A DNA stretch of 51,339 bases, from NCBI GenBank assembly GCA_032718475.1, contig JAUCBJ010005944.1:1-51339 (forward strand). The letters are read 5' to 3'. Below are positions 23,101-35,100 of this stretch, piece by piece; the first letter of the stretch is position 1, and each line of letters begins with the position of its first letter. The stretch comes from Nemertoderma westbladi. Taxonomy: Eukaryota; Animalia; Xenacoelomorpha. The notes beneath the pieces were generated by a model. The model did no database searches, was not told where the DNA came from, and saw only the letters and a list, made by a program, of their open reading frames with translations. Both the position numbers and the translations under genes were made by a program.

Positions 23101-26100
23101 TCGCTCGACCTATTAGTAGTATTAGTATGTGCTCGCTCGACCTATTAGTAGTAGTAGTATGTGCTCGCTCGACCTATTAGTAGTAGTAGTATGTGCTCGC
23201 TCGACCTATTAGTAGTAGTAGTATGTGCTCGCTCGACCTATTAGTAGTAGTATGTGCTCGCTCGACCTATTAGTAGTATTAGTATGTGCTCGCTCGACCT
23301 ATTAGTAGTAGTAGTATGTACTCGCTCGACCTATTAGTAGTAGTATGTGCTCGCTCGACCTATTAGTAGTAGTAGTGTGTGCTCGCTCGACCTATTAGTA
23401 GTAGTAGTGTGTGCTCGCTCGACCTATTAGTCCTAGTAGTATGTGCTCGCTCAACCTATTAGTAGTAGTAGTCTGTGCTCGCTCGACCTATTAGTAGTAT
23501 TAGTATGTGCTCGCTCAACCTATTAGTAGTAGTAGTCTGTGCTCGCTCGACCTATTAGTAGTATTAGTATGTGGTCGCTCGACCTATTAGTAGTACTAGT
23601 AGTATTTATTGCGGAGAATACTGTTGATTTCATAATTGAAATACTGAAGCATCCAGTTGCTGATATAATTTTGTTGGTTCTTTCATGGAGTGATTTGATT
23701 GCATTCTGATGTCATTAGCTATTATACATAATATTGGTAGGCCTATTTTAACGGACAATGCAGTGGATATACTATACAATAAAAAGTATCTTGTGTCACA
23801 GGTGTTATTAAAAGAAGGCCATCGAATATTAGACAATACGGAAATGCAATGCGATTTAGAAGATAATTTTCGCGAATTAAATATGGACATCGAAGCTGGC
23901 GCACATAGCCATTCAAATATCCTGAGGAAGATGGGCAAAGAAATGGCTGCAGAGTAAGTTATTGAATACTTTCAGTTTCCTGGTATTTGTTGGGCGAGGA
24001 TGTTTGCAGTTTGAGATAACTATAAAAATATCCGTGCACATGACTAAATAACAATATTATATAACCGAAAAGACAAATAAAATTGTAGTTGAGCTGTTAG
24101 AACTCTTTATTCAGAGATGAAACTATAAAATTATCCAATACAGTAGAGAAAAGTTGTAAGTACATTCAATGGCCAAAGTGATAGCTGGCTTGCTGATGAG
24201 GCCTTATAGGCCAAAAGAAAGTGAACATTACTGGTTCGTGCCACTGTGATTTAATGACCTTCAAGCTTTACATTTTAGTTCTCTTTGGTAAGAGGTAACT
24301 GATGTAAATTCATATTTAAACTATAATTTAACTGATAGGGATGAAAAATACTAACTAAAATTAGAGGACATTTCCACAAAATAAACTTGCACCTGCAATA
24401 TTTTAATTGTTCTACTGTACTGTAAGTTATTAAAAATATAACAAAATGTGTAATATAAGAAATGATTTTTTTTAAAGAAATGACTTTTGATGATTCCAAA
24501 GCTGATTTGCGGTGTTACATAACTGCGGTGGAGTAGATCATATTTTATATGATGTGTCTCAAATTGTACCAGCCAAAATCTTGATAATAATGCTAAATAT
24601 TATTATGTAAACAAACTGGTAACATCTGAAAACTAGAAATAGTGCAGAGTTCAGTCAATATTGATATTGAGGTAATGTTTATCACAAAATTTCGGAAAAT
24701 GCTAATTGTACACAATGCTAATTGTACACAATGCTAATTGTAGGCAGATTTGCCTAGTAATCAATGCTTTTGCATATAAATGCTACCAAAGCCGAATTCA
24801 TGACTTTATGGTCAAGTGGCAGAAAATGTGAATTTTTTTTTACGAATGTTGGCATGTTTTATATCATTAGAATCGATTTTTGATGGTGTTTTCCAATCTG
24901 ACATCAGAATATATAGCTAGTTATGTGGTCAAAAGTTAGAAAATCGATTTTGTAGACCAAGGTAGGTATACAATAATTCTCCCCAAGGTATACTGAATAT
25001 TCAAGGTATTCAATTTTATATGTAAAATTTGTAGACCTTGGGCACTCACTGTATAGATTTCTAAGAAATTTGATTCCAAGGTACTCAAAATTAATAAAAA
25101 GAATCTGAGATTCCAAATAACATTTTCACAAAAATAAAAAATTGAATTAAAAAATGCCTATCCTATGTCCTATTCTATAACTAGAGTTCATTAGTTTACT
25201 AATAATCATTCACCATCGGAAGATAAAACAAAACTATCAGTATCAGTTAAAAACTGATGAAGTAGCCGAAAATCCTTGGAAAACTATTTGCTTAATGTTG
25301 GTGTAATGATATCTTCCTTTGTTTGAGGTTGGTGTTTGGCTTCCTTTGTTTGAGGTTGGTGTTTGGCTTTCTTTGTTTGAGGTTTCTGTTTGGCTTACTT
25401 TGTTTGAGGTTGCTGTTTGGCTTACTTTGTTTGAGGTTGCTGTTTGGCTTACTTTGTTTGAGGTTGGTGTTTGGCTTCCTTTGTTTGAGGTTGGTGTTTG
25501 GTTTCCTTTGTTTGAGGTTGGTGATTGGCTTCCCTTGTTTGAGGTTGGTGTTTGGCTTCCTTTGTTTGAGGTTGGTGTTTGGCTTCCTTTGTTTGAGGTT
25601 GGAGTTTGGCTTCCTTTGTTTGAGGTTGGTGTTTGGCTTCCTTTGTTTGAGGTTGGAGTTTGGCTTCCTTTGTTTGAGGTTGGTGTTTGGTTTCCTTTGT
25701 TTGAGGTTGGTGATTGGCTTCCCTTGTTTGAGGTTGGTGTTTGGCTTCCTTTGTTTGAGGTTGGTGTTTGGCTTCCTTTGTTTGAGGTTGGAGTTTGGCT
25801 TCCTTTGTTTGAGGTTGGTGTTTGGTTTCCTTTGTTTGAGGTTGGTGATTGGCTTCCCTTGTTTGAGGTTGGTGTTTGGCTTCCTTTGTTTGAGGTTGGT
25901 GTTTGGCTTCCTTTGTTTGAGGTTGGTGTTTGGCTTCCTTTGTTTGAGGTTGGAGTTTGGCTTCCTTTGTTTGAGGTTGGAGTTTGGCTTCCTTTGTTTG
26001 AGGTTGGTGTTTGTTTACCTTTGTTTGAGGTTGGTGTTTGGCTTCCTTTGTTTGAGGTCGGTGTTTGGTTTCCTTTGCTTGAGGTTGGTGATTGGCTTCC

Positions 26101-29100
26101 CTTGTTTGAGGTTGGTGTTTGGTTTCCTTTGTTTGAGGTTGGTGTTTGGCTTCCTTTGATTGAGGTTGGTGTTTGGCTTCCTATGTTTGAGGTTGGTGTT
26201 TGGCTTCCTTTGTTTGAAGTTGGTGTTTGGTTTCCTTTGTTTGAGGTTGGTGATTGGCTTCCCATGTTTGAGGTTGGTGTTTGGCTTCCTTTTTTGAAGT
26301 TGGTGTTTGGTTTCCTTTGTTTGAGGTTGGTGATTGGCTTCCCTTGTTTAAGGTTGGTGTTTGATTTCCTTTGTTTGAGCTTGGTGTTTGGCTTCCTTTG
26401 TTTGAGGTTGGTGTTTGGCTTCCTTTGTTTGAGGTTGGTGTTTGGTTTCCTTTGTTTGATGTTGGTTTTGGGCTTCCTTTGTTTGAAGTTGGTGTTTGGT
26501 TTCCTTTGTTTGAGGTTGGTGATTGGCTTCCCTTGTTTGAGGTTGGTGTTTGGCTTCCTTTGTTTAAGGTTGGTGTTTGATTTCCTTTGTTTGAGCTTGG
26601 TGTTTGGCTTCCTTTGTTTGAGGTTGGTGTTTGGCTTCCTTTGTTTGAGGTTGGTGTTTGGTTTCCTTTGTTTGAGGTTGGTGATTGGCTTCCCTTGTTT
26701 GAAGTTGGTGTTTGGCTTCCTTTGTTTGATGTTGGTTTTGGGCTTCCTTTGTTTGAGGTTGGTGTTTGGCTTCCTTTGTTTGAAGTTGGTGTTTGGTTTC
26801 CTTTGTTTGAGGTTGGTGATTGGCTTCCCTTGTTTGAGGTTGGTGTTTGGCTTCCTTTGTTTGAGGTTGGTGTTTGGCTTCCTTTGTTTGAGGTTGGTGT
26901 TTGGCTTCCTATGTTTGAGGTTGGTGTTTGGCTTCCTTTGTTTGAAGTTGGTGTTTGGTTTCCTTTGTTTGAGGTTGGTGTTTGGTTTCCTTTGTTTGAG
27001 GTTGGTGATTGGCTTCCCTTGTTTGAGGTTGGTGTTTGGCTTCCTTTGTTTGGGGATGGTTTTTGGCTTCCTTTGTTTGAGGTTGGTGTTTGGCTTCCTT
27101 TGTTTAAGGTTGGTGTTTGGCTTCCTTTGTTTGAGGTTGGTGTTTGACTTCCTTTGTTTGAGGTTGGATTTTGGCTTCCTTTGATTGAGGTTGGTGTTTG
27201 GCTTCCTTTGTTTGAGGTTGGTGTTTGGCTTCCTTTGTTTGAGATTGGTTTTTGGCTTCCTTTGTTTGAGGTTGGTTTTTGGGTTCCTTTGTTTGAGGTT
27301 GGTGTTTGGCTTTCTTTGTTTGAGGTTTCTGTTTGGCTTACTTTGTTTGAGGTTGGTGTTTGGCTTCCTTTGTTTGAGGTTGGTGTTTGGCTTCCTTTGT
27401 TTGAGGTTGGTGTTTAGCTTCCTTTGTTTGAGGTTGGTGTTTGGTTTCCTTTGTTTGAGGTTGGTGTTTGGCTTCCTTTGTTTGAGGTTGGTGTTTGGCT
27501 TTCTTTGTTTGAGGTTTCTGTTTGGCTTCTTTTGTTTGAGGTTAGCGTTTGGCTTCCTTTGTTTGAGGTTGGTGTTTGGCTTCCGTTGTTTGAGGTTGGT
27601 GTTTGACTTCCTTTGTTTGGCTTACTTTGTTTGAGGTTGGTTTTTGGCTTCCTTTGTTCAAGGTTGGTTTTTGGTTTCATTTGTTTGTGCTTGGCTTCCT
27701 TTGTTTCAGGTTGGTGTTTGGCTTCCTATGTTTGAGGTTGGTGTTTGGCTTCCTTTGTTTGAAGTTGGTGTTTGGTTTCCTTTGTTTGAGGTTGGAGTTT
27801 GGCTTCCTTTGTTTGAGGTTGGTGTTTGGCTTCCTTTGTTTAAGGTTGGTGTTTGATTTCCTTTGTTTGAGCTTGGTGTTTGGCTTCCTTTGTTTGAGGT
27901 TGGTGTTTGGCTTCCTTTGTTTGAGGTTGGTGTTGTTTGGCTTCCTTTGTTTGAGGTTGGTGTTTGGCTTCCTTTGTTTGAGGTTGGTGTTTGGCTTCCT
28001 TTGTTTGAGGTTGGTGTTTGGCTTCCTTTGTTTGAGGTTGGTGTTTGGTTTCCTTTGTTTGAGGTTTGTTTTTGGCTTCCTTTGTTTGAGGTAGGTGTTT
28101 GGCTTCCTTTGTTTGAGGTTTGTTTTTGGCTTCCTTTGTTTGAGGTTGGTGTTTGGCTTCCTTTGTTTGAGGTTGGTGTTTGGCTTCCTTTGTTTGAGGT
28201 TGGTGTTTGGCTTCCTTTGTTTGAGGTTAGTGTTTGCCTTCTTTGTTCGAGGTTGGTGTTTGGCTTCCATTGTTTGAGGTTGGTGTTTGGCTTCCTTTGT
28301 TTGAGGTTGGTGTTTGGCTTCCTTTGTTTGAGGTTGGTGTTTGGCTTCTTTTGTTTGACGTTGGTGTTTGGATCCTTTGTTTGAGGTTTGTTTTTGGCTT
28401 CCTTTGTTTGAGAGTGGTGTTTGGTTTCCTTTGTTTGAGGTTGGTGTTTGGCTTCCTTCGTTTGAGGTTGGTGTTTGGATCCTTTGTTTGGGGATGGTTT
28501 TTGGCTTCCTTTGTTTGAGGTTGGTGTTTGGCTTCCTTTGTTTAAGGTTGGTGTTTGGCTTCCTTTGTTTGAGGTTGGTGTTTGACTTCCTTTGTTGGAG
28601 GTTGGTTTTTGGCTTCCTTTGATTGGTTGGTGTTTGGCTTCTTTTGTTTGAGGTTAGCGTTTGGCTTCCTTTGTTTGAGGTTGGTGTTTGACTTCCTTTG
28701 TTTGAGGTTGGTTTTTGGCTTCCTTTGATTGAGGTTGGTGTTTGGCTTCTTTTGTTTGAGGTTAGCGTTTGGCTTCCTTTGTTTGAGGTTGGTGTTTGGC
28801 TTCCGTTGTTTGAGGTTGGTGTTTGACTTCCTTTGTTTGGCTTACTTTGTTTGAGGTTGGTTTTTGGCTTCCTTTGTTCAAGGTTGGTTTTTGGTTTCAT
28901 TTGTTTGTGCTTGGCTTCCTTTGTTTCAGGTTGGTGTTTGGCTTCCTTTGTTTGAGGATGGTTTTTGGCTTCCTTTGTTTGATGTTGGTGTTTGGCTTCC
29001 TTTGTTTGAGGTTGGTGTTTGGCTTCCTTTGTTTGAGGTTGGTGTTTGGCTTCCTTTGTTTGAGGTTGGTGTTTGGCTTCCTTTGTTTGAGGTTGGTGTT

Positions 29101-32100
29101 TGGCTTCCTTTGATTGAGGTTGGTGTTTGGCTTCCTTTGTTTGAGGTTGGTGTTTGGCTTCCTTTGTTTGAGGTTGGTGTTTGGCTTGCTTTGTTTGAGG
29201 TTGGCGTTTGGCTTACTTTGTTTGAGGTTGGTTTTTGGCTTCCTTTGTTCGAGGTTGGTTTTTGGCTTCCTTTGTTTGAGGGTGGTGTTTGGCTTCCTTG
29301 TTTGATGTTGGTGTTTCGCTTCCTTTGTTTGAGGTTGGTGTTTGGCTTCCTTTGTTTGAGGTTGGTGTTTGGCTTCCTTTGTTTGAGGTTGGTGTTTGGC
29401 TTCCTTTGTTTGAGTTTGGCGTTTGGCTTCCTTTGTTTGAGGTTGGTGTTTGGCTTCCTTTGTTTGAAGTTGGTGTTTGACTTCCCTTTCTTTCGTGGGT
29501 TCGTGGGTCGATGGGGTTGAAGAACTTGTCGCAGTAACCTACTCCACTTAGGCATTGACTGCAGAAACAACAACCATTGCGAATCTCGAATTGTTCGTGA
29601 TTCCATTGAATTTGCTTTAACTTCTGAGTTTGGGTGATCCTACGAAGGTTTGAGTGTTATAGCTGTAGTTTTTTCAATCCTAATTGGTGACGAATTAGCG
29701 CGGCTGTACGAGCCATTGCCTAATCTAAATTAAACTAATTAATATGCCGTTGATTTCGAACAAAAGAAAATAAACATGAGCTTTTACTTTTTGCGTGGAG
29801 TGTTTGAGAATGAAAAACCAAACTAACAACAATATAATGGCTACCAATTAAAGTCATCTCAAAATTGATGAAATGTTCACCAAAAAAAATAATTTTACAC
29901 CAAATTAAATAATGAGACCCCAAAAAAAAAATATTCAACACCAAATAAAATAAAGTCACCCCAAATAAAATTATTCAAACACCAAAACAAATTATTCATT
30001 ATAACAAAATAAATAAATGCTTCCCAAAACCAATTATTAGCACCGCACCAAAATAAATGACAAATCCCCCAACATAATTACAAATTTTCCCAAGACAAAT
30101 ACATTTTCGCCCAAAATAAATACATTTTCCCCCAAAACAAATACATTTTCCCCCAAAACAAATACATTTTCCCCCAAAAAAAATACATTTCCCCCAAAAC
30201 AAATAACTTTTCGCCCAAAATAAATACATTTTCCCCCAAAACAAATACATTTTCCCCCAAAACAAATACATTTTCCTCCAAAACAAATACATTTTCCCCC
30301 AAAAAAAAATACATTTCCCCCAAAACAAATAAATTTTCGCCCAAAACAAATACATTTTCCTCCAAAACAAATACATTATCCCCCAAAACAAATACATTTT
30401 CCCCCAAAACAAATACATTTTCCCCCAAAACAAATACATTTTCCCACAAAAAAAAATACATTTCCCCCAAAACAAATAAATTTTCGCCCAAAACAAATAC
30501 ATTTTCGCCCAAAATAAATACATTTTCCCCCGAAACAAATACATTATCCCCCCCAAAAAAAAATACATTTTCCCCCAAAACAAATACATTTTATCCCAAA
30601 ATAAATACATTTTCCCCCAAAATAAATACTACTGAAGCAATAAGCCTAGCATTTCCTGGAATTTAGATAAAAATTTCGAAGCAGGGGGGGGGGGGGGGGG
30701 GGGGGGGGAACTGGACGCAAAACCCGCCTTGGCGAATTAATATCCCGCCTCAATGTTAAATTCTCAATTTAGGGATAGGGAAAGGAGCAGATTACAGTGG
30801 CACGTTATTTTAACCAAAACAATAAACTAAGCAGAATAGAACAGTTTACAGTTTTATTTTTGAGAATAATCAGCTGTTATTTGCGTCCAATTTCCCCTGG
30901 AGAGGGATGAATTTTTATTGCGTCCAGTTTCCCCCCCTTATCTGAAAACTTCAGTACTGCCGTAATACTGAAACCTAATAACAGAATAAGTAATAGGCAA
31001 AAGGCAATAGTAGATAGGCAATAGGCCTAGCGGTACGAATAAATGGTACTGAAACTGAAGTAGGCCTATTACTGTAGGTACTGTATATCGGTACGAAACC
31101 TAATAACAGAATACGTTGTTCTGAAGGCAATTGGCCTATCGGTACGAATACTGTAACTGAAGCATAGCAACTGACCAAAGCGTAGTTAATATAAAATATT
31201 TGGTGCTAGAATAATTTTTTTAGGTTGACAAGTAATTGTTTTTAGGGGATGAATAATTGTTTTTGGGGGATGAATAATTGTTTTTTGGGGTAGAATAATA
31301 GTTTTTGGGGGATGAATAATTGTTTTTGGGGGATGAATAATTGTTTTTTGGGGAATCAATAATTGTTTTTGGGGGATTAATAATTATTTTTGGGGAATCA
31401 ATAATTGTTTTTGGGGCATGAATAATTGTTTTTGGGGATGAATAATTGTTTTTGGTGAGAAGGATATTCAAAATTGGGAGATGCGAATTGGTGCTACAAA
31501 AAAATATATTTGGTGCAAAATAATTTGTTTTTGTGTTAAATCATCTAATTTGGGGTGGCATTCAATTAGTGGCGCAATATAATTCTGATAATTCTGAGAT
31601 CATTTATGTTCTAGAATTGTCTGCACCAATCACTATCACGCGTTTTAATGAGCCCTTTTTCAGTCCTACATGATTGACAGCATCAACGTACGTTCATCTT
31701 CATGGTTCGGGATGCCTTGAATGATTATGGCTTTACGTACGAGCGCCCATTAAATTAAATATCCAAAGTATACACTCTCCAAGGTATACAATTTTATACA
31801 AAATATTGAGAAAACTATCAAAAATGGATACCGTCTGGAAATCAGATCTCTCCAGGCACCTGAAGACCATCACTAAATATCAGCTGGAGACAACACATGG
31901 CAAACGCCGAGCTTTATGGTACAATATGTGTGGTACAATATCTGTATCAACCACCCTCCGTGAACGCAGATTAAGATTCAGTGGGCACTGCTGGGGAAGT
32001 AAGACGAGGTCATACCAGATCTACTTTTCTGGCAACCAACTCATTCAGTGGTTTGGCGCAGGGCCTGTAATGTATTGGTAGGAGGGTCGAGCCCCGCCAA

Positions 32101-35100
32101 GGTACATTCGGCCTCTTATCCACTAGGGTCGATAAAATACGGTCTATTTGAATTACTGGGGGCAAAACTTGGGATGGGGGAAGGCCCTGGCCACCCTTAT
32201 CAATATAATATTATCGTCTAACCAAATAGGGGGGGTATCGTTTAACCAAATAGGGGGGGTATCGTTTAACCAAATAGGGGGGGGGGGGGGGGGGGGGCTT
32301 TCGACGCAATTAAAATTCATCCCTCTCCAGGGGAAATTCGACGCAAATAACAGCTGATTCCTCTCAAAAATAAAACTGTAACCTGTTCTATTGTGTTTAG
32401 TTTATTGTTTTGGTTAAAATAACGTGCCACTGTAACCTGTTTCTTTCCCTAAATTTGGAATTTAACATTGAGGCGGGGTATTATTTCGCCAAGATGGGAT
32501 TTGCGTCCAGTTCCCCCCCTTGTCTCCGTCTAACAAAATGTAATAAATTTAAAATTCAAACGGGCGGAGTGCAATTTTATTTGAAATGATTGGAGTGTCA
32601 TTGGCTCAAGCCAAGAATAAACTACAGTAGTATTTTATTAATTCAATGCTAACTACCGGCAATTATTTCTTAGAATGAAAATTTCGCGATCTTTAGAAGT
32701 CCCGGTTCAATCCTTTGATAAGGGAGATAGAACTCTATCAATAAACTCCAATGACGAAAAACAAGGTAATGGTGGAATCTCCGATACCAATACCATAGTA
32801 GGCGAGAGGGGAGCCGGGGAGATATCTGGTAAGATGTGGCAACAAACCTAGGGTTGACTTACACTTATAGTGGAGTGGCTTAGTGAGAAAAGTGTCACAA
32901 TATTGACAAGTACGAAAGGTTTGTCAGTAAATATGGGTACAGCATGGAAATTTAATTGAGATTAAATGGTACTGTTTAGAATTAGCACCATTACTATTTG
33001 TAATTGTACTGGATTACGCAATGAGGACGGCCACAAAGGGTGAAGATCTGGGATTCACACTTCAAGAACGCAGAAGTAGTAGATATCCGGCAACTACAGT
33101 CACAGACACCGACTTCGCGGATGACATTGCCCTGCTCTCTAATACGCTAGCAGATGCACAGCTTCTACTAAATAAAGTGGAGAGGGCTGCTAAGGAGGTT
33201 GGATTGCATATAAATGCTACCAAGACCGAATTCATGACTTTTAATGTTGATGGAAACTTGACAACCATTGATAATAATCAACTAAGGAAGGCTGACGACT
33301 TCCAGTACCTAGGATCATGGTTAGAGACTAGCAAAAAGGACATAGAAGTTAGGAAAGCAAAGGCTTGGGTAGCTCTATCAAAAATGGATACCATCTGGAA
33401 ATCAGATCTCTCCAGGCACCTGAAGACTAAGTTCTTTCGAGCCACAGTGGAACGTGTATTTTTATACGGGGGTGAGACATGGACACTGACTAAATCACTT
33501 GAACAACGAATTGATGGTTGTTACACAAGACTACTAAGGGCAGCCCTAAACATAAGCTGGAGACAACACATGACAAATGCCGAGCTTTAAGGTACAATAC
33601 CACCTGTATCAACCACCCTCCGTGAACGCAGATTAAGATTCCATGGGCACTGCTGGCGAAGTAAAGACGAGGTCATACCAGATCTACTTCTCTGGCAACC
33701 AACTCATGGAAAGCGTAGTCGTGGACGACCGGCCATAACATATATAGATCAACTTGAAAGGGATACTGAACTTGGGAGAAACGAAATTGCGATAACTATG
33801 GAGAATCGGGAAGCCTGGAAGGATCTCATTCCCACTGTCCGAGTTCGCTCGACTTAGTAGTAGTAGTTTAGTATGTATAAGGGCATAGTCCAGACAGTCG
33901 AATTATTTTAACGAGTTACGACATTGCTTTCTCAAAGTGCACAATCTTGTGCTTTGACGGCCTCATGGAGTGAATAAGCATGGTGGACGTGGATAATCTC
34001 GCGAAAGTCAAGTCATGGGGGATAGGATAGGTAGTTGTAGCGGTAGCGGCGCAATTTTGTTGATAAGCCGGCACAGCATTCTTCATGCACGCCGTATTAG
34101 CGCATTCCAATAATTGTGGATAGCATGATCGTGGCAAAATTATTTTTGTTAAGCCAGAATCTAAATGTGCAGTTTCAATGCATCAGACTAATTATAGTAG
34201 CAGTAGGAGTTTAACTAATTATTTATTCATATTGATAATAACTGCGTTTAATGTGGATCGCAGGGAGTACAGCTGCAGTAGGAAGGGAGAACAAGAAGGC
34301 AACAGTCGTTGTCGTGGAAACAGATGGCAAGAAATGTAGCGAGCCGAAAGGAGAATGTATTCCAGCAAAGATCGATAAAGGAGGTAAGTTAGAATATGAT
34401 GCCAAAAGTAGGAGGTAAAACTGAGGCGGAGGTAGACTCCAATTCAGATCTGACGAACATATCTAAACTTAGTATTTTAAACTTGAATTTTAGCACGTTT
34501 TCATCATTATAAACAAATCAGAGTACAATTTTTTTGAGATTCACCCTTATATTTTATTTCAATTTTAGATCAACGGGCAAAAATCGAGTGCTTCTTGGAA
34601 CGAATGACTAACATGAGTGCAGAATATAAGAACAGAGAAGTGAAACGGGTAGAGAAAGAGTTAGAGAAGAGGAGGGTAGAAATATCTGGTACGCTTAAAG
34701 CAGCTGTTAAAGAATTAGAATCAAAATTAGATGAGTATCACAATGTTGATGAGGAAAATGATAATTCAGAGGAAGAAGAAAAAGAGGCAACCAAATAGTC
34801 TAATGTGCCGTTAATTAATTAATTAATTCCGTACTCACTATGTAAAATATAATATTAGGTTTACTTATTACACTCTATAATATTCTGTTGATAAAATAAA
34901 TTTAATGACTTATTTTGCATCCGGGTCTGCTAACTGTTGCTAATCGACTAACATTTTAATGGCTTCAACCGAATTCTTGTCGTTCTCCTGCAGGAACTCG
35001 TCGAACATTGCGGCGTCGTCCTCGAGATATTGTTCCGCCTGTTCCAACTTGCGTTCCTCGGCGGAGGCTAACTCCTCCAGTTTCCGCATCTCATCTCGTT

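Noticed and set aside
15974-23603. CRISPR-like appearance of a 32-bp repeat
   Set aside because: Units are head-to-tail with no unique spacers, there are no cas genes, and the context is eukaryotic.
25254-25271. CTGATGA-AGTAGCC-GAAA hammerhead-like core
   Set aside because: Helix II cannot form and no helix I/III is evident; likely chance.
25319-29520. Hydrophobic (FEVGVWLPL)n and (CLRLVFGFL)n ORFs
   Set aside because: Plus-strand translations of the 27-bp array with no unique coding flanks.
30684-30708. Long poly-G runs (also ~14433, ~32277, ~40318)
   Set aside because: Several adjoin repeat-element ends and homopolymer length is unreliable; no specific function is supportable.
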